Positions 29,269 to 38,804 of a stretch of 64,000 nt of DNA are shown here, piece by piece. Each line of letters begins with the position of its first letter. Position 1 is the first letter of the stretch. The notes under the pieces were generated by a model. That model worked only from the letters and a program-made list of their open reading frames with translations, was not told the origin of the DNA and did not search any database. This DNA comes from Escherichia phage OliverMaurmann_Bas86. Made by a program: the position numbers and the translations under genes. The stretch lies in sequence record PQ850622.1; one strand, 5' to 3'.

Positions 29269-30006
29269 TCATGATTTTTCAGATTCCATTGCTTTAACAA
29301 TAGCTTTACAGAAACCTGAACGAACAATATCGTCTGATTCACCATCTACTAGAGCGGCAAATTCAAATAAATTGTGACGGTATATGAAATCAGTAGCCCA
29401 ATCTAGACCACTCTCACCACGCATGTCGTGCTGATTAGTGTCCCCCATACAGAACATCTGAGAGGTTTCACCAAGACGTGTCATGATTGAATATGCTTCA
29501 TCAGGAGTAGTATTCTGGAACTCATCAACAATTACAATAGAATCGTTGAATGAGCGACCACGGAGATATTCCAGAGGTACGAACTCAATGTTACCGTTGC
29601 CAATTTGACACTCATAGAAGCCTTTACCATAACGCTGAGTGATAACATCAACAATAGGCATTAAGTATGGTTCAAACTTCTCACGAAGCCCACCGGGAAG
29701 TAATCCAAGACTGTTACCCATACCAACAGCAGGTCGGCTTAGGATAATCTTCTCAATCTTCCCACTTTTCAGAGCATCAATAACAGTTGTTGTGATAACA
29801 TAAGTCTTACCACAGCCAGCAGGAGCATCTGTGAATACAACCTGTTTGGTTTTAATTGCATCAAGCAGCTCACTCTGGAATTGGTTCTGAGGTACTACCG
29901 GCTTAGCAAGAACTACTTCTTCAAATTCCCGCTTTCCTTTCTTGGTGACGAGAGCTTCACGACGTAATTCTCTCCGTGATGCTTTCCGAGATTCTCTACG
30001 ACTCAT
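29269..30006 (-). CDS. phoH: PhoH-like ATPase
   Basis: Walker A DAPAGCGKTY, ILSRPAVGMGNSLGLLPG, IVIVDEFQN. Confidence 0.75.
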   Translation of the reverse strand: MSRRESRKASRRELRREALVTKKGKREFEEVVLAKPVVPQNQFQSELLDAIKTKQVVFTDAPAGCGKTYVITTTVIDALKSGKIEKIILSRPAVGMGNSLGLLPGGLREKFEPYLMPIVDVITQRYGKGFYECQIGNGNIEFVPLEYLRGRSFNDSIVIVDEFQNTTPDEAYSIMTRLGETSQMFCMGDTNQHDMRGESGLDWATDFIYRHNLFEFAALVDGESDDIVRSGFCKAIVKAMESEKS

Positions 30007-30184
30007 TTCCTACCTCCGTGTTCTTCATATAAGAAGCTACAGGATTTACACTCTGAGCAATGGATACCTATAACCTTAATTTCGACAAACTTCTTATTCT
30101 TCCCTTTAGTCGGGGAGCCTTTGGCAAGCTCCCGTATTACTTTCGAGTCCAAATGGAGAAGAGTTGATTCACATTTAAAACATT

Positions 30185-30505
30185 TCAGATTGATTTGTCC
30201 TTATGTAAACGGTATACTTCAGTAGTCATACAAGCTATACGCTCGTCATGTGGGAGATGCATACCAGTAGAGCCGTTCCATCCTTCGAACTCTGAATCAA
30301 AGAATCCAATAGGCTCGGGATACATCTCTTGCAAGGTGGTTAAGTCATCAGCCACTTGTTGCCACTTATCGTCAGACCAGATTGGGTCATCCAACCAATA
30401 ATACAAATAGGAGTGGATAAGCATCTGTGTTCTGTGTCGTTTAATCACTTCAGCAGGACTGATTTCATTTCCGTTACCAGTCCTAAATGTACTATCGTTG
30501 ATCAT
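30185..30505 (-). CDS. hypothetical protein with NAD-ligase domain-Ia-like motif
   Basis: HSYLYYWLDDPIWSDDKWQQVADDLTTLQEMYPE resembles the N-terminal NMN-binding helix region of NAD-dependent ligases; too short to be a ligase. Confidence 0.3.
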   Translation of the reverse strand: MINDSTFRTGNGNEISPAEVIKRHRTQMLIHSYLYYWLDDPIWSDDKWQQVADDLTTLQEMYPEPIGFFDSEFEGWNGSTGMHLPHDERIACMTTEVYRLHKDKSI

Positions 30506-30691
30506 TTAGATAACCTTGTGCTCGTAGATGCTGGGGTTGAAATAATGCAACCAGTTTATATATTGTTTCTGTTCAAGGTAGTGTCTGCAATCATGACAAA
30601 AAGCATGACCCAAACCTGTTTCCTCGTTCAGCTTGAAGTTGATAAGAAGCTTCTGCTTTTGACAGAAGCTACATGTTTTGTATAAGTCCAC
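30506..30691 (-). CDS. small Cys-rich (zinc-ribbon-like) protein
   Basis: CSFC...CHDC pairs. Confidence 0.3.
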   Translation of the reverse strand: MDLYKTCSFCQKQKLLINFKLNEETGLGHAFCHDCRHYLEQKQYINWLHYFNPSIYEHKVI

Positions 30692-30836
30692 AGTTTTACC
30701 TATTCATCTGAATTGTGACTACAACAATACTCACAAACTCCGCAGCAAGGACAAATCTCTACTGTAGGGTCGTAAGCATCATCAACTGTCATACCGCACC
30801 GTGTACAGAAAACATCATCATCGTTTTCTTCCAAAA

Positions 30837-31484
30837 TTAACTCTCCAAAGTTTTCTTCAAAGCTGCCCATGAGATTGGATAGAGTTTAGCCATCTCTTCA
30901 TCTAATGACTGAGCAAATAGTCGAACTTCATATTGAGCATGGGATGATAGTCGTTGACGACACAATTCAAACCAGCCATACAAGCTACCAGTCCAGTACC
31001 AAGTAGTTACCATACCTTGAGGTAAAACAAATCTAGCTTGTTCAGGAGCTACGAACTTAATCAATTCGTCATAACTAGCAAGAGATGCCTCGTACGCAGA
31101 GTTAAACAAAGCTAAAGCTTTTGCCTCTTCCTCCCCTTCAAGAAGTATTCCAGAACCAGAATGTAGATCATCTGGACGGGAGAAGATTTCTTTAGGTATG
31201 AAAATATCCACTGCTCCATCTTTATATCTACGACTCATCTCGTTCCAAGAAAAACCAACTTGATGCTTCTGTAACTGTCGTGCAATTGCTATAGGAGCTT
31301 CGCATCTGAAGCTCGCTTGTGGGTGACGAAAAGGACTTACGTGTCGTTCCCGAGCTAGAAAATTTATTAGACGAGTGTCACTTTCTTTTAATTCTTCCCT
31401 TTCTACCCCCATAGTTACACGAGCAGCATTGACTACTGTAAGATCTGAACCGAAGTTATCAATTAATGAAGCTTTGATTGTCAT
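30837..31484 (-). CDS. thyX: flavin-dependent thymidylate synthase (ThyX-like)
   Basis: RHPQASFRCEAPIAIARQLQKHQVGFSWNEMSRRY matches the ThyX RHR...S...SxRY signature. Confidence 0.7.
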   Translation of the reverse strand: MTIKASLIDNFGSDLTVVNAARVTMGVEREELKESDTRLINFLARERHVSPFRHPQASFRCEAPIAIARQLQKHQVGFSWNEMSRRYKDGAVDIFIPKEIFSRPDDLHSGSGILLEGEEEAKALALFNSAYEASLASYDELIKFVAPEQARFVLPQGMVTTWYWTGSLYGWFELCRQRLSSHAQYEVRLFAQSLDEEMAKLYPISWAALKKTLES

Positions 31485-31950
31485 TTATGTAAGTCTCCTT
31501 GACTTTATTATATTCCCTAGAGGCTTCTTCTATGGTTGAGAAGAGTCCTATGTGCTTAGATTTAAATACCGCCCGGTAAGCAATAGAGCCACTTTTCCTT
31601 CTATGGACAGTCACTCCAATCACTCCGGTTGATAAATTATTACTCTGAGCTACTTTGTTTAGGCCATTTCCTGATCTAGTAGTCCCCCTAAGATTCTCTC
31701 TTTTGTTGTTTATCCTGTTGCGGTCTATGTGATCTACTTCTTCAGGAAGCAATCCAGTGTCCCACCAGTAAGCAAGTCGATGAGCGTAGTATCTAGCACC
31801 TTTATAAACGATTCTCAAATACCCATTGGTATTTACAGAACCAGCTATAGACCCTTTGTGTCCTTTTCCATAAGTTTTAACCCATCGGAAATCTCCAGTC
31901 AAAGGGTCGTAATCAAGAGCTTCTTTTATTGACGGGTCAATATCATTCAT
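31459..31950 (-). CDS. HNH homing endonuclease with AP2-type domain
   Basis: YAHRLAYWWDTGLLPEEVDHIDRNRINNKRENLR plus VIGVTVHRRKSGSIAYRAVFKSKHIGLFSTIEEASREY. Confidence 0.6.
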   Translation of the reverse strand: MNDIDPSIKEALDYDPLTGDFRWVKTYGKGHKGSIAGSVNTNGYLRIVYKGARYYAHRLAYWWDTGLLPEEVDHIDRNRINNKRENLRGTTRSGNGLNKVAQSNNLSTGVIGVTVHRRKSGSIAYRAVFKSKHIGLFSTIEEASREYNKVKETYINDNQSFIN

Positions 31951-31965
31951 CCGTGAATACCCTTA

Positions 31966-32295
31966 TTATTTATTGCCTAGAGCTGTATCCAAAAATGCTT
32001 TCAGGTTTGCTTCAGTCTGCATACCGGAGAGGCTGTAGTGTGCACCACTGTTACGGTCAGGCACAACGAAAGCAGGGATACTTCGTACACCATACTTAAC
32101 AGCTTGTTCACGACCATCACCTTCAAGGATGTTAATCTCTTCCACTTCTACATCAAACTCCTTAACAACCTTCTCAAAGGTAGGAGCCATTGCTTTACAT
32201 GGAGCACATGAATTACTATAAAATTTAATTACTTTACTCATTCTATTCCTTGTTAATAAACAGATTGATATGGCGCTGAGTAGCAGGGACAACAA
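31966..32295 (-). CDS. thioredoxin-like protein
   Basis: KFYSNSCAPCKAMAP CxxC active site; true start probably the internal MSKVIKF. Confidence 0.6.
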   Translation of the reverse strand: MLSLLLSAISICLLTRNRMSKVIKFYSNSCAPCKAMAPTFEKVVKEFDVEVEEINILEGDGREQAVKYGVRSIPAFVVPDRNSGAHYSLSGMQTEANLKAFLDTALGNK

Positions 32296-32431
32296 TAAAA
32301 GATTTATACTGCCCTTTTGCTAAATCATGAGCAATCTTCTTTGTCTGACCAAGACCCATTACACAGCCACTAACAATAATGGCATGTGCTTGTAATTCTT
32401 CAGGGAGGTTTAATTTCACTCTTTGGATTCC

Positions 32432-32617
32432 TTACAGCATAACAAGAACGATAATAAGAGGTAGTGTTATAGCAAAATGTACCAGAACAACACTACCTAG
32501 CTTGATAGCTTTAACATCCTCTTCTGCTGGGTTTTCTTTAATTGCTAAATTTCGAGCTTTATAGATAATAGTACCAACTATTAACGACCACACGGCCCAC
32601 ACAACCAATGAAATCAT
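32432..32617 (-). CDS. small two-TM membrane protein (paralog 1)
   Basis: MISLVVWAVWSLIVGTIIYK...VVLVHFAITLPLIIVLVML. Confidence 0.4.
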   Translation of the reverse strand: MISLVVWAVWSLIVGTIIYKARNLAIKENPAEEDVKAIKLGSVVLVHFAITLPLIIVLVML

Positions 32618-32626
32618 ATCAAACCC

Positions 32627-32806
32627 TTATGCAGTCAGAAGGTGAAGCAGGAATGGGATAACAACAGCTACGACAACCATGATGGTTGATGCTGTTTGAA
32701 TCTCACCTTTCTTGTCAGGGGTTTCTTCAATAAGCTTACCAGAAGCCCAATAGATACCACCGCCAATAAAGATAGCCCAAATACCCCATACGATTGCTGA
32801 TAACAT
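32627..32806 (-). CDS. small two-TM membrane protein (paralog 2, 59 aa, below ORF-track cutoff)
   Basis: Hand-translated MLSAIVWGIWAIFIGGGIYWASGK...MVVVAVVIPFLLHLLTA, clearly related to 32432..32617. Confidence 0.35.
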   Translation of the reverse strand: MLSAIVWGIWAIFIGGGIYWASGKLIEETPDKKGEIQTASTIMVVVAVVIPFLLHLLTA

Positions 32807-32867
32807 ATATCTATATCCTTATAAATGAGTTCGCCCCACCTCGGGTTAGGAGACAGGGCGGAGGTTT

Positions 32868-33443
32868 TTAGTAAGACACATCACCACTTGAGTGGGACAT
32901 GTTGCTCTTGACGAAGTAACAGAACTTGCCAAGACCTTCATTAATTTCTTGAAGCATACTCTGGTCCACTGGATAGGTGCACAAGTCTGAATCAAACTCA
33001 TCCATCTTCTCAATGATACACATAAGAGTCATGCACATGTCGGAAAGCATACCGTCCATGTCGAGATCAGCGTTACCTTCTCGGAACCAAGCATGGCCTA
33101 AATAATTACTAGCAGTAGCATCCACTTTAACACAATGAAAGCGCATACGCTCTGCTATTCGGTCGCCTGCCTCACGAGCATAATCTTCTAGTTCATCGAA
33201 CATACCATGAACACCTTGGAAACCAGCTCCAGAGACGTTCCAGTGGTAGTTCTTTGCTTTGATGTGTAGAAGTTCAAGGTTAGCTTGCACACCACACAAG
33301 ATGTGTTCTAAGCTGTTACCGCTAATCAGTTTATTCATTCCCTCAAGACGAGAGATAGAAGAGTCAGTAGTAGAGAATGGGTTGCTAGAACCCACTCGTG
33401 TTAGTTCTGGTAAGTCGAAGACATTATTATGCATTAGGTGCAT
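32868..33443 (-). CDS. Dps/ferritin-like protein
   Basis: LELLHIKAKNYHWNVSGAGFQGVHGMFDELEDYAREAGDRIAERMR resembles the Dps ferroxidase-site helices. Confidence 0.45.
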   Translation of the reverse strand: MHLMHNNVFDLPELTRVGSSNPFSTTDSSISRLEGMNKLISGNSLEHILCGVQANLELLHIKAKNYHWNVSGAGFQGVHGMFDELEDYAREAGDRIAERMRFHCVKVDATASNYLGHAWFREGNADLDMDGMLSDMCMTLMCIIEKMDEFDSDLCTYPVDQSMLQEINEGLGKFCYFVKSNMSHSSGDVSY

Positions 33444-33774
33444 CCCCTTCTAAGTTAGTTGAATTAGCTACATTACGAGCAATGTTATCCATGACCTGCT
33501 GGGTAATAACAATGCAATTCTGTGGGTCTACAGACTTAGAACGCCCCATTTCAGGGTCATAAACCTTAACACGCTTGGCTGTTGAGCCAGTAACTTGCAA
33601 CACTTTGAGAAGATAACCTTGGTTTCCAATAGACCATGCAACAACATCACGATTCTTGATATAACGACCAAGCATATCACGATGATAGAACTGCTGCATA
33701 ACTTTAGCTTTGCTAATCTCTTCAGATGGCGGGGCCACTTTACTCAAATCTAACATAACTCTCTCCTGTTTCAT
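33427..33774 (-). CDS. hypothetical protein
   Basis: 115 aa ORF. Confidence 0.3.
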   Translation of the reverse strand: MKQERVMLDLSKVAPPSEEISKAKVMQQFYHRDMLGRYIKNRDVVAWSIGNQGYLLKVLQVTGSTAKRVKVYDPEMGRSKSVDPQNCIVITQQVMDNIARNVANSTNLEGDAPNA

Positions 33775-33826
33775 ACAATATTCTTATACTGTATATACAT
33801 TTGAGAGTTATCATATCTACTACCAA

Positions 33827-34033
33827 CTAGTAGTGGACCTTGCTAGTCAAGGACCCAGCACTGTTATTATCATTTTGAAACCAGCGATGAATCTCCACTT
33901 TTTCAGCGAGTCCTAAAGCTTTTGTAGCTTTCTTAGCAAGACGAGCTTCTTGTCGTGTGTCGAATAATTTAAGACAGTCACCACCGAGATCTTTGTTAGC
34001 CCATTTAACACGAACTGCCCATAATTTAACCAT
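33827..34033 (-). CDS. hypothetical protein (tandem paralog)
   Basis: Shares W.VRV.W....TRQEAR and C-terminal KVHY with 34033..34248. Confidence 0.35.
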   Translation of the reverse strand: MVKLWAVRVKWANKDLGGDCLKLFDTRQEARLAKKATKALGLAEKVEIHRWFQNDNNSAGSLTSKVHY

Positions 34034-34248
34034 TAGTAATGTACCTTTCCGCTGATATAGAAACGACCTGATTTAAAGTCCTGAGCTTTGTGGATAGTGA
34101 TCTTGTCAATAGTACTTTCGCAGCTTAATAAGAACTTCTTATGAGCGCGAGCTTCTTGACGAGTGTTTCTGATACCCATTGACTCTGTACCACTGCTCCA
34201 GTGAACGCGGACTACCCAACGTCTTTTCATTGTTCCAAACTCCATCAA
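34033..34248 (-). CDS. hypothetical protein (tandem paralog)
   Basis: Shares W.VRV.W....TRQEAR and C-terminal KVHY with 33827..34033. Confidence 0.35.
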   Translation of the reverse strand: MMEFGTMKRRWVVRVHWSSGTESMGIRNTRQEARAHKKFLLSCESTIDKITIHKAQDFKSGRFYISGKVHY

Positions 34249-34782
34249 TTATACGCCTTTAGAAGCAACAACCCCATCAGAGTTATTGTAACGACCCTTC
34301 ACTGCATAGGAATCATCACCAGCGTGAGAGTGTTCAAACATAACCATTTGACCAACACGCATCCCAGCACGAACTCGTAAGCTGTGATTGTGGGTAACGT
34401 TATGGAACTCAAAGGTTAGCTTACTGCTGTTAAACCCTGCATCAGCCCACCCAGCATGTAAGTGGTTCAAACCACAACGAGCCATTGAGGAGCGAAGTAC
34501 AAACAGACTTGAGATGTTATCTGGAAGGTTAAACTCTTCCATTGAGTGCGCTAAGAAGAATTGTCCCGGAGTGATGACAATACCATCTTCAGGGATTTTC
34601 ACCTCTTTCCACTTGAGGTTTTCTTTAGCATCAATGTCAACAATGCCGTCAGCCTGTTCTTCAACAAGGATAGTATCACCAATACGGATATCCACACTAG
34701 CAGCGTTAACATATTTATGCTCCGCATCTAAAAAGCCATTATCAATAACACTGTGTAATTCTTGAGAACCTAAAAGACTCAT
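34249..34782 (-). CDS. dCTP deaminase / dUTPase-family enzyme
   Basis: ASVDIRIGDTI, LRSSMARCGL, AGWADAGFN, GMRVGQMVMF. Confidence 0.6.
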   Translation of the reverse strand: MSLLGSQELHSVIDNGFLDAEHKYVNAASVDIRIGDTILVEEQADGIVDIDAKENLKWKEVKIPEDGIVITPGQFFLAHSMEEFNLPDNISSLFVLRSSMARCGLNHLHAGWADAGFNSSKLTFEFHNVTHNHSLRVRAGMRVGQMVMFEHSHAGDDSYAVKGRYNNSDGVVASKGV

Positions 34783-36227
34783 GAGTTTCTGTTTCCTTGT
34801 ACAGATGATGCCAAATTGTTAATCATGTTACGAGCTGTTTCACGAGTCAGCGTAACACCTGCTAAGTTACTATCAAGTTCACCAACTAATTCACGAGCTG
34901 TTGCTCGGAGTTCTGCACCAAGTGTAGTGTTAGAATGAGCCAGACCATTACGACGACCGACAGGTCGAGGAGTATTGTTAGCATCATTAGCTAAAGATGC
35001 AAAACCAATACGAGCAGCTTCACGAGCGGCTATAGCTGCTACCCGATCTTCCGTAGGGGTTGGCAAATCACCAACTTCTACACGTTCTATATCACTAGAA
35101 CGTAGACCCTGAACAACAGAGCTAACTGTTTCCCATGAACGACGGGAGCGCTGCAAATCACCCATAGATGGAGAAGAAGCAGGTCGAACAGTTACTCCAC
35201 CTGTATCATGAGTGACGTGCCATGTACGAGTACCCATTCCAGAAGAACGGGCACTACCAAAACTACCAGTGAAAGTATCACGAGGTGCCTCTGTAGCAGG
35301 TGCTGCGAATCTTGTCTGTTGCCAAGAGTCACGTCTGTCAGTTCCCGGAGTCCAAGGCTGCGTAATTGCTTCAGCACCTATAGTGGTTAATCCGCTAGAC
35401 CATTCTGTCTGTAGATTAACTTCCTCGTCCAGATAACTACGACCCCTTTCCTGAGGAATGTTTAATATAGTTTCCATCATCTTCAGGGTATAATGATGAC
35501 GCTGATTCTGATATAAATTTACACCAGCCATAGGTCCAACTAAATCACTAATCAGGTGAACTTCTGGCTCACCGAAAGCTCCCATTGCAAGGTGCATGTA
35601 TTCAGTAGAACTGCTATAAACTGCAACAGTTGCTTCAGGCCACTTCTTGTGAACATACTTCATTTCACGACTAGATACCACAGGAATGTCACGAGTGTAT
35701 GACATTGCAAACAAACCTTCGTTTGACACATACAGATTACCAAGAGTCATAAACCCTTGACAGATCATAGGAAAGCGACGGCTTAAAGTATCCATATCCA
35801 AAGGTAGATTAATCATCATCTGGATTTTAACTTGATCAATCTCAATTTCCAGAATCTCTTGGAAAGTGAAAAGCGCTTCAGCATAGGTTGTCCCGTTAAC
35901 AGGCTGAATTAGTCGAGATGTAACCTGAAGCCCCTTACTTTCTGTCCAAGATAAGAAGTTGTCAAGGAATAGTGCAGCATTACCTACGTTAGCAGGGCTG
36001 TTTTCTTGACGAGTGTTCCAACGAAGCCCTCCTTGAACTAGGAAGATATCAACATCATTCGGAGTTCTATTTTGAAAGAACGTATCACGGATAGCACCAC
36101 CTGCAATAACAGGATAGATGCCATCAGGGACTACGTTATCTCTGATCAAATTACGAATCAGGTCAAGCCCTACACTGAGGGCTTCTCCTTCTTGAAGGTT
36201 CAATTCAGATAGTGGAATCTTAATCAT
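34779..36227 (-). CDS. Pol-beta-superfamily nucleotidyltransferase (CCA-adding-enzyme-like head domain) with low-complexity C-terminal half
   Basis: PVIAGGAIRDTFF...NDVDIFL resembles the GGxVRD...DxD head motif; C-terminal ~200 aa Ser/Thr/Arg/Gly-rich. Confidence 0.4.
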   Translation of the reverse strand: MIKIPLSELNLQEGEALSVGLDLIRNLIRDNVVPDGIYPVIAGGAIRDTFFQNRTPNDVDIFLVQGGLRWNTRQENSPANVGNAALFLDNFLSWTESKGLQVTSRLIQPVNGTTYAEALFTFQEILEIEIDQVKIQMMINLPLDMDTLSRRFPMICQGFMTLGNLYVSNEGLFAMSYTRDIPVVSSREMKYVHKKWPEATVAVYSSSTEYMHLAMGAFGEPEVHLISDLVGPMAGVNLYQNQRHHYTLKMMETILNIPQERGRSYLDEEVNLQTEWSSGLTTIGAEAITQPWTPGTDRRDSWQQTRFAAPATEAPRDTFTGSFGSARSSGMGTRTWHVTHDTGGVTVRPASSPSMGDLQRSRRSWETVSSVVQGLRSSDIERVEVGDLPTPTEDRVAAIAAREAARIGFASLANDANNTPRPVGRRNGLAHSNTTLGAELRATARELVGELDSNLAGVTLTRETARNMINNLASSVQGNRNS

Positions 36228-36229
36228 TT

Positions 36230-36778
36230 CTACATTTTCCAGTTGAGAGATGGGGGATTCTTATAATCAAATCCAGCCATTTGGCAAAGACACATGTAAA
36301 CCTTAACTGTCAAGTTAACGTCTTGTTCACAATACGTGAACATGTCTTCAGTGAAAGCATCCCATGCTTCTTCCTGTTCACCATAGTCACCCTTCAGCTC
36401 TCCCAGAAATTCGCCCCATTGCTTGAGGCCATGACCGCGAGGTCCGTGTCTAGGGTCGCCTTTGGGATATTCTGGACTGTCACCAATACGGTCAGGCTTG
36501 AGGTATCGACTCAGGCACAGGGTATCAAAGACATTAAAACGAAAAGGTATCACATGAGAGTAGAATTTAAACAAAGCAGGAAGGTCAAAATCAATAATAT
36601 TGTGACCTATTACTACATCAGCTTCTTTCAGTTTGTGTAGTGCTTCTTCAATTTGGTGAGGGCGATACCCCCACCGTTCTCCAGACAGTACATCAAATAT
36701 CCATATACACCAGACATTCTGAATACCATCATAGAGGTTATCACCTTCAATATCAAACGCATACAGTTTCTTTACCAC
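36230..36778 (-). CDS. 3'-5' exonuclease (DnaQ-like DEDDy), separate from the polymerase gene
   Basis: Exo I FDIEGDNL, Exo [14 protein letters not shown], Exo III YCEQDV. Confidence 0.65.
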   Translation of the reverse strand: MVKKLYAFDIEGDNLYDGIQNVWCIWIFDVLSGERWGYRPHQIEEALHKLKEADVVIGHNIIDFDLPALFKFYSHVIPFRFNVFDTLCLSRYLKPDRIGDSPEYPKGDPRHGPRGHGLKQWGEFLGELKGDYGEQEEAWDAFTEDMFTYCEQDVNLTVKVYMCLCQMAGFDYKNPPSLNWKM

Positions 36779-38562
36779 GGACGTGCCTCCCCTTCTTGTG
36801 AAAGTAAGGAAGCTGCATCTTCTCCGTTGGTGACTGTAAACGGATTATCTTCATCAACTTCATGATCTTCTCGTTCCACAAGACGACCTGTTTCGTTAAT
36901 GTATTTGGTATAGCAAACCCCTGTCTGTCCATAGTTACGCTCTTTGAGCAGACGTATGATTGACAAGTTTTTACCTAACCCATCCGCTTGTTTATTACGT
37001 TCGAAACCGATAATACATTGACACCAGCGCATTAATGAACGTGAGCCAGTAAACTGTACTTCTTTAACCTGACCACCTTCTTCGTGAGGGGCACCGCCCG
37101 CCGGAGCATTCAAGTGAGATAACACAAAAGCAGTGAAGTCTAATTCCTTACACATACCAGCAAGCTCTGAAGCAATCTTACTGATTTCTGTATTCACTTC
37201 GGATGGAGTTAAGTGAGATACCAATGCAGTGATGTTATCAAGAATGATAAATTTACACTGATTCTCAACTACCCAAAAGCGAATACACTGCTTAATGTCT
37301 TCCCATTCGTTCTGCCCAAAGTTGTCATACAAGAAAAACTTATCAGCGTATCGAAGTGCTTCATCTCGTAGCTGGCTTTCTTCGTACTCAACATCTGGTC
37401 GGTGGAAAGGTACAGATGCTGACTTACCTGCAATGTTCTTAACAGACATGCCTACCTTCTCTTCCAAGAAGAAGCCACCACCATTAAAACCATGCTCAAG
37501 GCAAAGCCATGCTACCAGTTCGTGTGCGATTAAGGTTTTACCTGAACCAACACCACCGCCGATTGCAACCATCTCTCCCCAACGAATACCGAAAGTCATG
37601 TCGTTAAGAGTTTTCCACGGATAAGGGATACCCCACTCCGCTTTCTTCAGAGCATCTTCAAGGCAATCAAAAACTGTAACAGCGCCGGCAGGAGATTCCC
37701 GCTTAGCTGAATATTTCAGATTGTTGAAAAGCTCTTGACCTCTCCCTGCAAGTAACATGTCGTTTGCATCTTTGATTTCCTTTTCTTGTCCGTTATAAGT
37801 GAACGTACCTTTTGGAATTCTTGCAAACTTGACATGTGGGTACAGAGAACGACCTTTAGTCAATGCAATCTCTCCTGCATCATCATTGTCCATGCAGAGT
37901 ACAATCTCCTCGAAACCATTAATAAAATCACGATTTCTTGACAACACAGAAGAGATTGAACCTGCACCGAACGGAAGAGAGACACAAGCAGGTTTGATAT
38001 TAGTTGCGTTTGTGAACGCAGTAAGTACGTGGAATCCAGACATACAAGAGAGTGGGTCTTCGAAGATGAAGAGCTTCTTATTGTAAACATCGCCACGTTG
38101 TGCTTGAGCCATACCAAATAAGTCGGCTTCTTTCACATTACCTACATAATAGAACTTCTTGCTGTCTAGAAGTTTTACTTCATATCCAACAATATTCCCA
38201 TCACGTTCACGAGGGAAGAAGTAGCTGTCAGGAGTTTGACCGTCTGTTTGACTTAAACCAATACGGCATCCATAACGTTCAGATACAGCTTTAGGAATTA
38301 AGCGACGAGTCAATTCTCCCTGAGGAAGCTCTAAGCAATCGTCTAAGACTTCTCGGAGTTCTTCAGGGGACAGCTCTTTCTTTTCATTAGGGGTGGGCGT
38401 CGTTCCTTTCTCGAAGATTTCATACGCACCACATCTGTTACATGAACCCCACTCCTCACCGGACTCTTCATTTCGGAAGAGAATCATGTGATTGCGGGTC
38501 TTATCACGACCATGAGAGATACACTCTTTACAGCCCGTGTCTCCCAAAATGATCTTTGACAT
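36772..38562 (-). CDS. DNA primase-helicase (T7 gp4-like)
   Basis: N-terminal zinc ribbon [10 protein letters not shown]...CNRCG; helicase Walker [10 protein letters not shown]. Confidence 0.8.
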   Translation of the reverse strand: MSKIILGDTGCKECISHGRDKTRNHMILFRNEESGEEWGSCNRCGAYEIFEKGTTPTPNEKKELSPEELREVLDDCLELPQGELTRRLIPKAVSERYGCRIGLSQTDGQTPDSYFFPRERDGNIVGYEVKLLDSKKFYYVGNVKEADLFGMAQAQRGDVYNKKLFIFEDPLSCMSGFHVLTAFTNATNIKPACVSLPFGAGSISSVLSRNRDFINGFEEIVLCMDNDDAGEIALTKGRSLYPHVKFARIPKGTFTYNGQEKEIKDANDMLLAGRGQELFNNLKYSAKRESPAGAVTVFDCLEDALKKAEWGIPYPWKTLNDMTFGIRWGEMVAIGGGVGSGKTLIAHELVAWLCLEHGFNGGGFFLEEKVGMSVKNIAGKSASVPFHRPDVEYEESQLRDEALRYADKFFLYDNFGQNEWEDIKQCIRFWVVENQCKFIILDNITALVSHLTPSEVNTEISKIASELAGMCKELDFTAFVLSHLNAPAGGAPHEEGGQVKEVQFTGSRSLMRWCQCIIGFERNKQADGLGKNLSIIRLLKERNYGQTGVCYTKYINETGRLVEREDHEVDEDNPFTVTNGEDAASLLSQEGEARPW

Positions 38563-38597
38563 GCTCTATCCTCCTTGGAATTCCTTGAGCAATCTTC

Positions 38598-38804
38598 TTA
38601 GTAAAACGATCGTATTTCTTCCCACACATCATCTTGCAAGTTTCTAAAACCCTGCAAGGTTTGCTTTGTTCTGTGAATAAATTCTTCAGAGTGCTTATCA
38701 GGTGTGAGCATACTGACAAACTTTTCATAGCGATTAATCTTCCACCGCATCTTCAAGTAGTCAGATTCCAGCTTTCTTAACTTCTGCCTGTCAGTTACTG
38801 TCAT
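38598..38804 (-). CDS. hypothetical protein
   Basis: Internal Met of ORF 38598..38900 chosen to limit overlap with 38791..39222. Confidence 0.25.
   Translation of the reverse strand: MTVTDRQKLRKLESDYLKMRWKINRYEKFVSMLTPDKHSEEFIHRTKQTLQGFRNLQDDVWEEIRSFY

Noticed and set aside
30700-30870. 56-aa Cys-rich ORF overlapping the 3' end of the ThyX gene (MGSFEENFGELILEENDDDVFCTRCGMTVDDAYDPTVEICPCCGVCEYCC...)
   Set aside because: Plausible zinc-ribbon peptide, but overlaps ThyX by 34 nt and has no clear RBS; left out of features as too uncertain
38528-38728. ORF 38528..38728 (-), 66 aa
   Set aside because: Overlaps the better-supported 38598..38804 frame and the primase-helicase start; likely spurious
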